Positions 38,763 through 48,814 of a stretch of DNA of 64,000 bases are shown one piece after another. The DNA is taken from the sequence record OP617745.1, one strand, 5' to 3'. Within the stretch, counting starts at the first letter, position 1. The number at the start of each line of letters is the position of its first letter. A program made the translations under genes and the position numbers. The notes beneath the pieces were generated by a model. That model searched no databases. It was not told the DNA's origin and was given only the letters and a program-made list of their open reading frames with translations.

Positions 38763-40907
38763 GTGTTAACATTTAAACGTATTACTATGCGAAATTTTTT
38801 CTCCTTTGGTAATGCACCACAAACAATTGATCTAGATAGTCCAGATATTACACTTGTTCTTGGTCAAAATAATGATGCAGTTATTGAAGGAAATGATAGT
38901 TCAGGAAGAAGAAATGGTGTTGGTAAATCCGCTATTATTCAGGGAATTGTTTTTGGTTTGTACGGAAAAAGTATTGCAAATGAAATTAAAATTCCCAATT
39001 TAGTGAATAAAATAAACGGAAAGAACTGTGAAGTAAAAATTGAATTTGAAAAAGATGGAATTTCTTATATTGTAGAACGTGGGCGTAATCCTGCGTTTTT
39101 TAATTTCATTAAACTCAGTGATGATCAAATAAATGACGAAAGTCGTGGTGAAAAGAAAGATACACAAGAAGATTTAAATGAAATTTTGGGTATTTCACAA
39201 TTTCTGTTTGAACACATTGTAGTACTGAATGCTAATGTCGAACCTTTTCTTTCTATGTCTGTACAAAAACAACGTGATATGATCGAAGAACTTCTCGGTA
39301 TTACGCAATTAACCGAAAAAGCACAACTTCTTAAAGATATGCAGAAGGAAACTAAGCGTTTAGCAGAGCAAGAACGTTTTAAAAATGAAACTATACAAGC
39401 AAGTAATGAACGAATTCAAAAAAGTATAGAAACTCTTCAGGAACAGGCAAATAAATTCGAAATTGACAAGTCAAACCGAATCAGTGAACTAGAAAAACAG
39501 ATTGAAACCTATTCTGTTCTAAATTTCGAAGAACTATATGAACAAGCCAATATAAAAGAAGAATCATTAATTCATAATGCTAAGAAATCCAATTTAGAAA
39601 ATCGCGTATCTGATTTAGTACTTAAATATGAATCGTATAAACGAGATATTGAACATAATAAAGCAATACTAAAGATTAATATCGAACGCCTTCAACAAGT
39701 TGACATTGTAAGTGAATTAAAGAATCATGAAGAACTTGAATTGTGGAAACAACTTGAATCTATACTAAAAGAGAACATAACACAAAAGAATTATAAAGAA
39801 CAAAAAATAAATTTATTAAAAAGTACGTTACAAAGTTCTAAATCTTCTCTTGAATTGGAAAAAAACAAACTAGATGTGGTACTGAATAGCAAATGCCCAC
39901 TGTGTAAATCAAGTCTAGAGCATAATGAGCATAGTTCTGATATTAAATCAAAAATTCTGAAAACGATTACTGATATTGAGAACTCTATATTAAGTACTGA
40001 ATATGATATTAGTATACTTTATGAAGAAGTTGATTCAATTGACGTGTTTGATATGCCCCCTAAGCCTGAAACTGTGTATAATACACTGACTGAAGCACAA
40101 ATGCATGAGCATAAGTTACAGGAGTTAATTAAACAGTACGAAATTGATCAAATCAATATTTTTGAATCAGAATTAATGTCATCATATGAAGAATTAAATT
40201 CTTTTGAACTAAAAGATGTACCAGATGCACTAACCAAGACTGAAGTTCGTGAACTGGAACTTGCTTATGATTCATTAAAACAACAATTACAACGAGAATT
40301 TAGTACAGTAAACACATATATTAGTCAAATTAACACACTTCAGAATGAATCCATTGTTGTGGTTAATTATGACTCTTATAATGAACTGGATAAGCTACAA
40401 AATCATCAAGATTTTATGGTTAAACTTCTTCTCAATAAAGATTCATACTTGAGAAAGCGTATCATCGAACAAAATATTTCATTTTTAAACAACAGACTTC
40501 AGTACTATATTGATATGTGTGGTTCAGAGCACAATGTTAAGTTCTTGACTGATTTGAGTGTTGAAATTGAAAAGAATGACCAGTACTTTGACTATAAACA
40601 ACTTAGTCGTGGTGAACGTACTCGTGTTAATATCGCACTGTCTTGTGCCTTCAGGGATACATATGAATCATTATATCAAAATATCAATTTAATTTGTTGT
40701 GATGAGGCATTGGAAACTGGCTTGGATGCTAGTGGTGTATTGAGAGCATGGATGATATTTCAGGACATGGCATCAATCAGAAATAAAAATGTCTTTGTTA
40801 TTTCACACAGAGATGAACTTATTTCAAAAACCGAAAATATCATGAAAGTTACTAAAGAGGATGGATTTAGTACTGTTCAGTACTGTACATTAGACGATAT
40901 ATATTAA
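38763..40907 (+). CDS. Recombination ATPase subunit (T4 gp46/Rad50/SbcC-like)
   Basis: GTG start; Walker A RNGVGKS, coiled coils, CPLC zinc hook, LSRGE signature, Walker B CCDE, ISH. Confidence 0.92.
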   Translation: MLTFKRITMRNFFSFGNAPQTIDLDSPDITLVLGQNNDAVIEGNDSSGRRNGVGKSAIIQGIVFGLYGKSIANEIKIPNLVNKINGKNCEVKIEFEKDGISYIVERGRNPAFFNFIKLSDDQINDESRGEKKDTQEDLNEILGISQFLFEHIVVLNANVEPFLSMSVQKQRDMIEELLGITQLTEKAQLLKDMQKETKRLAEQERFKNETIQASNERIQKSIETLQEQANKFEIDKSNRISELEKQIETYSVLNFEELYEQANIKEESLIHNAKKSNLENRVSDLVLKYESYKRDIEHNKAILKINIERLQQVDIVSELKNHEELELWKQLESILKENITQKNYKEQKINLLKSTLQSSKSSLELEKNKLDVVLNSKCPLCKSSLEHNEHSSDIKSKILKTITDIENSILSTEYDISILYEEVDSIDVFDMPPKPETVYNTLTEAQMHEHKLQELIKQYEIDQINIFESELMSSYEELNSFELKDVPDALTKTEVRELELAYDSLKQQLQREFSTVNTYISQINTLQNESIVVVNYDSYNELDKLQNHQDFMVKLLLNKDSYLRKRIIEQNISFLNNRLQYYIDMCGSEHNVKFLTDLSVEIEKNDQYFDYKQLSRGERTRVNIALSCAFRDTYESLYQNINLICCDEALETGLDASGVLRAWMIFQDMASIRNKNVFVISHRDELISKTENIMKVTKEDGFSTVQYCTLDDIY

Positions 40908-40936
40908 AAAAAGGGGAGCATTAGCTCCCCTTTTTT
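40906..40936. terminator. Bidirectional intrinsic terminator
   Basis: A-tract, GGGGAGC-atta-GCTCCCC, T6; overlaps the last codons of the 40921 ORF. Confidence 0.85.
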
Positions 40937-41952
40937 ATTATTGTCATAATTTCATTCAAAGATGTAGGTGATACGGTTTCGGTCCACCCATCACCGAATA
41001 ATTCTTTTGTTAAGTGTCTTGCTTTTATGGTTCTTTTTATTTCTTTTTCTATGTTAAATGCATCATTACAATTTTCATATACTTTGTGGTATACAACATT
41101 CAATTTGTACTTACATTTATTTTTATATGAACCCATTCTGTGTTTGATATTCTTTGTTATACCGAATTTATAACCAACTATATTATTATAATCATCAGAT
41201 ACTTCTAAAATGTATATACCTGAACTAAAATCAGAAGATTTATAACCATTTTTGTAACTAACAGAATTACACAAAGGACACCCTTTATCTCGCATAAAAT
41301 TGTCATATGTCATAGACCATGTATAATTGCATTTACAAGTTAAAATGACTTTACTAAAAACACCATTAAAGTTCTTTTCATCTATTAATTCAAATTTAAT
41401 GCCAGTTTCTTTGCTTTTAATTTTTAAATTCTCATTTAATTCATTTATACTGTATTTGTGAGTACCTGAACATTTCAAACAACCAATATTATTACTGAAA
41501 AATGAGTCATAAGTGGTAGTATTCCATTCGTATGCTTCAGAATGTTTAGTATTGTCATTGCATTTTAGTTTTAAATATGTTTTTGTTTTATTATATTCAT
41601 CAAAACCGAGGAATTCCAGTGTCCCACCTCGTTTAATGCATTCATTTTCCACATTTTGAATTAAAATTTCAGGTGTTAACTTATTCAATGAAGGCTTTCT
41701 GAACTTTTTTGATTCTATATTTCTCAGATATCTATATAATTTGTTAATTCTGTAATTATTATAAGTTATATTATCATGTGTTATTGAAGTAAGTGTATTA
41801 TTACCTAACCATTTTTCTTCAATAATGAATCCATTGAATTTTATATTAAATTTGGATAACCTTTTCGATAAATCGTTGAAATATTCCAATGGAGTTCTGG
41901 AATTATAGTTAATGTGAACTAAAATAATATCATCTGGTAAAGATATTATCAT
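40921..41952 (-). CDS. Putative homing endonuclease with C-terminal GIY-YIG-like domain
   Basis: CxxC repeats; GIYILEV...YKFGITKNIKHR...E..IK...FGDGWTET. Confidence 0.7.
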   Translation of the reverse strand: MIISLPDDIILVHINYNSRTPLEYFNDLSKRLSKFNIKFNGFIIEEKWLGNNTLTSITHDNITYNNYRINKLYRYLRNIESKKFRKPSLNKLTPEILIQNVENECIKRGGTLEFLGFDEYNKTKTYLKLKCNDNTKHSEAYEWNTTTYDSFFSNNIGCLKCSGTHKYSINELNENLKIKSKETGIKFELIDEKNFNGVFSKVILTCKCNYTWSMTYDNFMRDKGCPLCNSVSYKNGYKSSDFSSGIYILEVSDDYNNIVGYKFGITKNIKHRMGSYKNKCKYKLNVVYHKVYENCNDAFNIEKEIKRTIKARHLTKELFGDGWTETVSPTSLNEIMTIIKKGS

Positions 41953-42443
41953 TTTTGATCTCTTTTTATATCATTCATATTCAATTTACCACTTTGTATT
42001 AGCTTTCTGGCTTGTTTAGAACGTTCTTTGATGTTACTACCTGGTACTAACCCAAAATCACTAAGAATTTCACTCTGTTGGTTTGCTGGAAGTCGTTTGA
42101 AGCGATTTACATCAACGGTAAGTGCCGTGTGATGAATAACTTGTTCATCTGGTGAAACAGAATCGTGGTATTCCAGATAATCTGCTAAATTTCTCAATAC
42201 TTCGTATAACGGTTTATCTGTTAAATGTTTACAATATCGGTGGAAGCTATTATAAACTTTACCTTCGAACGCATTCACCTCATTTTGTAATACTCCCCTA
42301 CAACTCTGTGTATCATAATGTCTGTGATCAAGAACGGGTCTTATTATTTTAATTCCAATAATTGGATCAATGCCATTTTGTTCCTTCAGTTTTCCATTTC
42401 TATATTTGGCAGCTTCATTGCTATTTTTTAATCTACGTTTCAT
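41949..42443 (-). CDS. Recombination endonuclease VII (T4 gp49-like), Cys-less variant
   Basis: QNG....VLDHRH...RGVLQNEVNAFEGK matches Endo VII LDHDH..RGLLCxxCNxxEG. Confidence 0.8.
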   Translation of the reverse strand: MKRRLKNSNEAAKYRNGKLKEQNGIDPIIGIKIIRPVLDHRHYDTQSCRGVLQNEVNAFEGKVYNSFHRYCKHLTDKPLYEVLRNLADYLEYHDSVSPDEQVIHHTALTVDVNRFKRLPANQQSEILSDFGLVPGSNIKERSKQARKLIQSGKLNMNDIKRDQK

Positions 42444-42568
42444 GATATAATCTCTAATATTATATATCTAATAAATTTATTTACTTCAATAAATACCTAT
42501 GTAAATAATCTTTCTGTATAATGCATAATTCAATACATAATTTCTTGATACGTTGGGTACAGAATAAC

Positions 42569-42607
42569 AAAATAGGTCAGTACTGAAAAGTACTGACCTA
42601 TTTTTTT
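42569..42607. terminator. Perfect 16-bp hairpin with GAAA loop and T tract
   Basis: AAAATAGGTCAGTACT-gaaa-AGTACTGACCTATTTT. Confidence 0.8.
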
Positions 42608-42613
42608 CTGATT

Positions 42614-42829
42614 TTATCGCCCCTCATTTTGTTTACGGACTTTCTTGTTGTATGCTTTAACCATCAAGTCTCGTTCAGTTACTGGCATATTAAGTAACAT
42701 TTCATACGAGGTATTATCAATATATACAGCAGCTTCCATTAATGCTTGTTTAATTTCTTGCTGATTAAACTCTATGTCTCGTATGTATTTTTCTATTTCA
42801 GTTGCCTCTAACTGGAGAAGCTGAGATCG
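42614..42829 (-). CDS. Unannotated -1 frame extension (71 aa) of the gp26-like chaperone
   Basis: Open -1 frame RSQLLQLEATEIEKY...MPVTERDLMVKAYNKKVRKQNEGR*; no plausible start of its own; opens at the slippery heptamer T TTT TTC (42835-42829). Confidence 0.7.
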   Translation of the reverse strand, partial: RSQLLQLEATEIEKYIRDIEFNQQEIKQALMEAAVYIDNTSYEMLLNMPVTERDLMVKAYNKKVRKQNEGR

Positions 42830-43683
42830 AAAAAACGGGTAATATCATACACCAAATCTTCAATAACCCATTCATGATTACATTCACTACATTCAACCTG
42901 CATCGTGTGTTCAACACCAGTATTTTGCATTGTGTTGATTTCATCCTGAATAGTTTTAAGAACGTCTTTTGACTGATCTCCTACCCATTCTGAAATAAAT
43001 TCTCGTTCAGTCACTTCATCCCCGTCTGGAGTGATAATTTTAGAGATACTATAAACGATACCGTCGAAGTTAATTTTAGTGATAGGTTCAAAAATATCAG
43101 AAATGAATAGTTTTGCTCGGTCTTCATCACTTAACGACTCATCTAAATCGAGATATTTGGATTTGGACTGAATATTGAACATTCGCTCATTTATATCACA
43201 TTGTTCTTTCCATGTAAGTGGTTTAAGTTCAATACTTAATCCATTATTTAAAACTACAGTAGGGATTTCTTTAATATATTTTACTGTATTCAATAGCACA
43301 TTCAAATCACGTTCGATACGACCTTCATGGTCACATTCGGGACATTTTACATTAATATCATAAGTATATTCTTTGGTTGCAACTTTAATTGCAATAAGCA
43401 GTTGTTCGATATCATTGATGTATAATTCATCTGCATTAAGGACGTTCGGGCAGCAATTTTCAATAACTCGTGATACCGCATCCCCGGACATAAGCATATC
43501 AGGAGTATTCAGTACTATTTCATCACGAGCACTGCGAGCACATACCCCAACTTTAATACCTTTATTTCCTAATACACCATCGGGATATTTAATTACATCA
43601 TTTGAAATAAGTTTAGCACTAAGTACTTCAATTTTTGTGTACTTGGCTAGTGGGTTCATCTTACTCATAAAGACTCCAATCAA
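42808..43683 (-). CDS. Baseplate hub / tail assembly chaperone (T4 gp26-like)
   Basis: NPLAKY, DEIVLNTPDML.SG, D..QLLIAIKVAT, CPEC and CSEC, FF near the C-terminus; true start may be a downstream ATG (MSKMNPL). Confidence 0.75.
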   Translation of the reverse strand: MIGVFMSKMNPLAKYTKIEVLSAKLISNDVIKYPDGVLGNKGIKVGVCARSARDEIVLNTPDMLMSGDAVSRVIENCCPNVLNADELYINDIEQLLIAIKVATKEYTYDINVKCPECDHEGRIERDLNVLLNTVKYIKEIPTVVLNNGLSIELKPLTWKEQCDINERMFNIQSKSKYLDLDESLSDEDRAKLFISDIFEPITKINFDGIVYSISKIITPDGDEVTEREFISEWVGDQSKDVLKTIQDEINTMQNTGVEHTMQVECSECNHEWVIEDLVYDITRFFDLSFSS

Positions 43684-43691
43684 TGAACAAA

Positions 43692-43717
43692 ATAAATAAT
43701 CTATATGACATATTTAT
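43692..43717. promoter_or_regulatory. Divergent overlapping late promoters
   Basis: ATAAATA at 43692-43698 (+) and at 43711-43717 (-), each about 40 nt from its gene. Confidence 0.55.
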
Positions 43718-43738
43718 AAATGTTTAAAAGGATAAAAA

Positions 43739-45901
43739 ATGGCTGGTACAAGTACGGATTATCTATTACAACAATTGTTAACCAGTAATGAAAAAGCTAA
43801 TGATAATTTATCTGCGATGAGAGATTTATTATCAGAAAATTTGAAAAAAAACGGTTCAAATAATAACAATAATAATAATCCAGGAAACGGAAATAATAGA
43901 AGAAAGAAAGAAAAGATATCATTAAATGATGCTTTAAAAAATATATCCAGAGATGTTAGTGGATTTAGTAGAACTCTCATTAACGGTAGTGCGGATGTTG
44001 GAACTGTTACGAATTCACTTGGTACCGGAATGAGTAGTGTAATCGGTACATTAGGAAAGGCTGTTCCAGCTATTAGTGGTGTAACTACTGCATTCCAGTT
44101 ACTAATTGAAGCAGGACTATCTGTTTATAATTATCTAAATCAACAACTGGAAATGTATAATAAAATTAATTCCAGTGGTGTTAGTTTATCAAATGGTATG
44201 AACTCTATTCGTACTGGTAGTGCTAATGCGTTAATGAGTATGGACAAATTCGGTAATTCCGTAGTAAAACATGCTGGTGTTATTGCACAATTAAATGGTA
44301 TATACGGTGATGGTGTTAAGGAATATGGTGATTTGCTTGGAACATTACAATTAGCACAGGATAAAATAGGTATATATGGTGTATCACAGGAACAAATGGC
44401 AGACTTAACCGCGAGGAATATTAAATTCCAGAAACAATTTGGTGGTGCAGAATTAATTAGACAAACTAACCAGGAAAAAAGCACACAAGAATTTATTAAA
44501 AATATGACATCTTTTAGTAAATCAATGGGTGAATCAGTTGATGCAATTTTAAAGAAAACTCAGGATTTTGATAATTCACTTGATGCTCGTGGTTTAGAAG
44601 CTGCATTGGAAAACTGGGCTGGATTAAGTAATAAAGCTGCTACATTAACTACTGATGCATTTATTCAAGCCGCTGCTGGTATGGGCGATGCAGGAAAATC
44701 TTTTTTTAAAATAATTTCATCACAAGCTGTCACTGGTGCATTACCCACTGAATATATGACTGGTGTTATTGCAGAATTTGCCGAAGAAAACAAAAAAATG
44801 TTTATGGGTGGTATTACTGATGCAAAGGAAATACGCTCAGCTAACATCAAATGGGTTAGAATGCATAAAGATCAGATTAAGCGTGACATGATGAACCAGA
44901 TACAACTTGGAAACATCGAAGCTGCTAACTTCAACCGAAATCTTCTTGATCTGGAAGCGTCTGCAAATGATCCAAAAAATGGACCAAAACAACGTTTAGA
45001 GGAATTAACTAATAGATTTAATAATTGGATTAGTAATACATTTATAAAGCCATTTAATCTTTTAATGGATGCTGGGGTTACATGGTTATTAGATATTTCA
45101 GATCAAACAACATCATTTAACCAATTTATATCTACTGTATTCAGTCAGGGAATCGACAAAATAATGAGTATGGTAACTAACTTTTTTAAGAACTTTCCAG
45201 TACTTAGTGATATAGGAAAAACTTTATTCGGTGATTCTTATAATACATTGGTTGATAATGTTGGTGGTTTTATTGGTAATTTAGTAAAAATACCTATACA
45301 ACTGATATCAGTTGTAACAGATATATGGAATGGTAATTTAGCTGGTGCAAGGGAAACTGTACAAAATGCAATTGCTTCATTTAAACAGAATTTCTTGGGT
45401 ATGTGGGAAGGTATAAAAGATATCAAATTCAGTTTCAGTGACGTTAAAGACCGCTTGGTTAATATTGTAGAAACACTAAAAAATAAATTAATTAATGCAT
45501 TTGACATTCTTAAATATGTTTTCGGTGTCAGTGATGAAATGCCAAAAACTGAAAATACAAAAACACCAAGTGCTGAAAAACCAAAAAATGAAAACATAAA
45601 TACACCCAGTAACAGTAAACCGACTGTTAATGATAATAACAGAAAACAACCACAAGTTGATCAAAATGCTTCTAATTATACCCCACCAACTCGTGTGGAT
45701 GAAGCTCAAGATAATTACAAAAAATCTCCTGATGATGAAAAAGTTGATAATAATTTACAACCAGTAAATTACGATGAATCAATGGTTGAATTATTAGGAC
45801 GTGTAACATCTGCGTTAGAAAAAGCTAACGAATACAATGTACAGAATTCAAATTATCTTAGAACTATATCTGATAATACTCAAATACAACGTAATAGTTA
45901 A
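43739..45901 (+). CDS. Putative tape-measure / baseplate hub (gp29-like) protein
   Basis: 720-aa, predicted helical, Ala/Gly-rich with periodic W/F; adjacent to the tail chaperone gene. Confidence 0.55.
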   Translation: MAGTSTDYLLQQLLTSNEKANDNLSAMRDLLSENLKKNGSNNNNNNNPGNGNNRRKKEKISLNDALKNISRDVSGFSRTLINGSADVGTVTNSLGTGMSSVIGTLGKAVPAISGVTTAFQLLIEAGLSVYNYLNQQLEMYNKINSSGVSLSNGMNSIRTGSANALMSMDKFGNSVVKHAGVIAQLNGIYGDGVKEYGDLLGTLQLAQDKIGIYGVSQEQMADLTARNIKFQKQFGGAELIRQTNQEKSTQEFIKNMTSFSKSMGESVDAILKKTQDFDNSLDARGLEAALENWAGLSNKAATLTTDAFIQAAAGMGDAGKSFFKIISSQAVTGALPTEYMTGVIAEFAEENKKMFMGGITDAKEIRSANIKWVRMHKDQIKRDMMNQIQLGNIEAANFNRNLLDLEASANDPKNGPKQRLEELTNRFNNWISNTFIKPFNLLMDAGVTWLLDISDQTTSFNQFISTVFSQGIDKIMSMVTNFFKNFPVLSDIGKTLFGDSYNTLVDNVGGFIGNLVKIPIQLISVVTDIWNGNLAGARETVQNAIASFKQNFLGMWEGIKDIKFSFSDVKDRLVNIVETLKNKLINAFDILKYVFGVSDEMPKTENTKTPSAEKPKNENINTPSNSKPTVNDNNRKQPQVDQNASNYTPPTRVDEAQDNYKKSPDDEKVDNNLQPVNYDESMVELLGRVTSALEKANEYNVQNSNYLRTISDNTQIQRNS

Positions 45902-45913
45902 GGAAGTTAATAA

Positions 45914-47647
45914 ATGTCATGGAAACGTCACATGAGTACTGCTCGACCACGAGTATCAGTACAAAAAAATACAAGTTCAGATAAAGCGGCAGGAAGCAAG
46001 TCAAATTTTGCTTCTTATCTTCCACAAGTATATCAAGGATTACCAAATCGAACTGATCGATATCGACAATATGAAGAAATGGATCAAGATCCTGAAATCA
46101 GAACTGCATTGAATATCATTGCTGATTTCTGTACTCAGAGTGATGTTGATTTTGGATTACCTTACAAAATTAAGTACAAAGATAATATCGGTGATACTGA
46201 AGTTACTACAATCGAAGACCGCCTGGATGCATGGACTGACCAGAATGATTTTAAAATCAGAATGTATGAAATTGTACGCGGTTTGTTGAAATATGGTGAT
46301 CAATTTTTTATTCGTGATCCAGAAACTTATGATTGGTACTGGGTTGATCCTAGTAATGTTGAACAGGTATTTGTAAACCAAGCAACAGGTAAAAACCCTG
46401 TAGTTTATTATATAAGGGATGTATCTTTGAATCTAAAAGATAAAGTACTTAGTAATGTACATATTGGATTTAACCAAAGTGCTTATACTGGTGCTGCACC
46501 TAATTTACTTGGTTCTAATTCATCCGCTGCATCAGTTGGTGGATTGGCTGGTATTACAAGTTCTGGCTCTTCTGGTTCATCAGATCCATTTAATACAAGT
46601 GGTAGAATGGATGTATTACCAGTTGCTGCTGAACACGTCATTCATTTTAGTCTAAACACAGGACAAGATGGTGTGTGGCCATTTGGTACCAGTATTCTGG
46701 AAAATGTTTTTAAAACATATAAGCAAAAATCACTTCTTGAAGACAGTATTATTATATATCGAGTACAACGTGCACCCGAACGCAGGGTATTTCGTATTGA
46801 TGTAGGTGATATGCAAACTCATCAGGCAATGGCTTATGTTGAACGTTTTAAAAATGAAATTCATCAACGAAGAATCCCTTCAAATAAAGGAGGAAGTACT
46901 TCAATGATGGATGCAGCATATAACCCATTAAGTATTTTAGAAGATTACTACTTCCCACAAACTGCTGATGGTCGTGGTTCATCCGTTGATACATTACCGG
47001 GTGGCGATAATCTTGGGCAGATTGATGATTTGAGATACTTTAATAATAAACTTATTAGGGGATTACAAATTCCTTCATCATATCTACCACAAGGTCCAGA
47101 TGATGGAGGTGTTTCATTATTTGGTGATGGTGCAACTCAGGCAATGGCAAGTGAAATTCGTTTTAATAATGAATGTATGCGTTATCAACGTCTGGTAGCA
47201 AAAGTATTCGATGCTGAATTTAAACGATTTATGCTACATAACGGTTATAACATAAGTACTGCATCATTTGAGGTAGTATTGAATGCTCCAATTAACCTTG
47301 CAACTTATCGTAGAGCGGAATTGGATGCTAAATTGATTACTACTTACTTACCTCTTAATGATTTACCATATATGGCAAAACAAACCATTCTACAAAAAAT
47401 GGGCTTTGAACAGAAAGATATTGTACAGAATGAAGAATTACTTCGTCAGGAACTTGGTATGGATATTAACACCGCTAATAGTACTGAACAAGCATCACTT
47501 CAATCAGTCGGTATTGAAGCACCAAATAATTCTGAACAAGATCTCGGTGTAGATGAAAATGGTGAGCTAGAAAGTGCAGATAAAGAATATCAGGATTCAC
47601 AAGAAACATCAAATTTTAACCCAAATGGTTTAGGTGATTCTTTTTAA
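45914..47647 (+). CDS. Portal protein (T4 gp20-like)
   Basis: LEDSIIIYRVQRAPERRVFRIDVG, LEDYYFP..GRGSSVDTLPGG.NLGQIDDLRYF. Confidence 0.95.
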   Translation: MSWKRHMSTARPRVSVQKNTSSDKAAGSKSNFASYLPQVYQGLPNRTDRYRQYEEMDQDPEIRTALNIIADFCTQSDVDFGLPYKIKYKDNIGDTEVTTIEDRLDAWTDQNDFKIRMYEIVRGLLKYGDQFFIRDPETYDWYWVDPSNVEQVFVNQATGKNPVVYYIRDVSLNLKDKVLSNVHIGFNQSAYTGAAPNLLGSNSSAASVGGLAGITSSGSSGSSDPFNTSGRMDVLPVAAEHVIHFSLNTGQDGVWPFGTSILENVFKTYKQKSLLEDSIIIYRVQRAPERRVFRIDVGDMQTHQAMAYVERFKNEIHQRRIPSNKGGSTSMMDAAYNPLSILEDYYFPQTADGRGSSVDTLPGGDNLGQIDDLRYFNNKLIRGLQIPSSYLPQGPDDGGVSLFGDGATQAMASEIRFNNECMRYQRLVAKVFDAEFKRFMLHNGYNISTASFEVVLNAPINLATYRRAELDAKLITTYLPLNDLPYMAKQTILQKMGFEQKDIVQNEELLRQELGMDINTANSTEQASLQSVGIEAPNNSEQDLGVDENGELESADKEYQDSQETSNFNPNGLGDSF

Positions 47648-47649
47648 AA

Positions 47650-47656
47650 ATAAATA
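47650..47656 (+). promoter_or_regulatory. Putative late promoter ATAAATA
   Basis: About 25 nt upstream of 47681. Confidence 0.5.
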
Positions 47657-47680
47657 AAAGAGTACAAAAGGAATACTATC

Positions 47681-47911
47681 ATGCTTTTTAAAGATATTTT
47701 TGAGAGTACCAATGATTCAATGTACGATCCAGAAGACGATAAAAGTGTATATAAAATTACAGATACTCGCAAACCAAAATTAACTTTGCAGGCTCTGAAT
47801 AATCTACGCAAGTACAGAGAATTTAAAGCTAAAGAAGACCAAAACCGAGATGCAAATGTAGCTGCTCTGTATAAATCTTCTCATGCTGCACCGAATAACG
47901 GTGAAATGTAA
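47681..47911 (+). CDS. Small head-morphogenesis protein (putative)
   Basis: 76 aa between portal and core genes; DTRKPKLTL..LN.LRK motif. Confidence 0.6.
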   Translation: MLFKDIFESTNDSMYDPEDDKSVYKITDTRKPKLTLQALNNLRKYREFKAKEDQNRDANVAALYKSSHAAPNNGEM

Positions 47912-47964
47912 TATATAAAAATGGCATTTTTTAAGCTCTTTTAATAATGCCATTTTTCATTAAA

Positions 47965-47971
47965 CTAAATA
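47965..47971 (+). promoter_or_regulatory. Putative late promoter CTAAATA
   Basis: About 37 nt upstream of 48008. Confidence 0.5.
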
Positions 47972-48007
47972 CTACATATTAATGATTAAAATCATTAGGA
48001 GAATATA

Positions 48008-48790
48008 ATGGCTAATCTAAAACTACTACAAGAAGCGATTCAGGCTTTTGCAAATGGCGAGCAAGAAGTCGCGGATACTAAAATGCGTCAATATTTCATT
48101 GAAGCTGCAAGTGATATTAATAAAAAACTTGAAGAAGAAATGGAAGACGAAACTGACGAAACTGACGATGAAGTAATGGAAGACTTCTCTATGTCTCCAT
48201 CTCAAGATCTGAATACCGATGTACAATACCCAATGGAAGAAGCTGAAGAAGAACCAACTGACGTTGAAGTTGATTTCCAAGCTGATGATGAAGGTGCAGA
48301 TGATTCTGCTGAAGCAGAACTACCAAGTGCTGATCAATGGGCTGATATCCAGGATGCATATCGCGGTCTACAGAAAATGTTTGATGAAATCGCTGGTTCC
48401 GACGAAGTTGAACTAGGTGACGAAGAAGAACCTACTGAAGACGGTTTCGAAGATGTTTCTTTTGGTGACGAAAAAGTTGGTGAATCTTATAAAATGAAAG
48501 ATGCTCCAAGTGTAGATAAAACTGAAAAACCAGGAGTTAACAAAAAGTCTCCAATTGCTTCTACTGCTAAGTCTCCAGTACAAGGTGTTGAACCAATTAA
48601 AACTGGTAAAAACACCACTCCAGTAGTTGACGATACTTTTGACGGTGCTGATGCTGAATCTTTCACTATCCCACGTGATAATGACAATGTTCTTAATAAA
48701 GCAACTGATGCAATGAAAGATGCTAAGCAACCAAAAAATACCGCTACTAAAGCTAGTTCAGTACTACCTAAAAAAGCACCTAAACTATAA
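48008..48790 (+). CDS. Acidic prohead core protein (putative)
   Basis: Very Asp/Glu-rich N-half and Lys-rich tail; immediately precedes the prohead protease. Confidence 0.6.
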   Translation: MANLKLLQEAIQAFANGEQEVADTKMRQYFIEAASDINKKLEEEMEDETDETDDEVMEDFSMSPSQDLNTDVQYPMEEAEEEPTDVEVDFQADDEGADDSAEAELPSADQWADIQDAYRGLQKMFDEIAGSDEVELGDEEEPTEDGFEDVSFGDEKVGESYKMKDAPSVDKTEKPGVNKKSPIASTAKSPVQGVEPIKTGKNTTPVVDDTFDGADAESFTIPRDNDNVLNKATDAMKDAKQPKNTATKASSVLPKKAPKL

Positions 48791-48814
48791 TCATAAAAGG
48801 GAGATCATTTAAAT

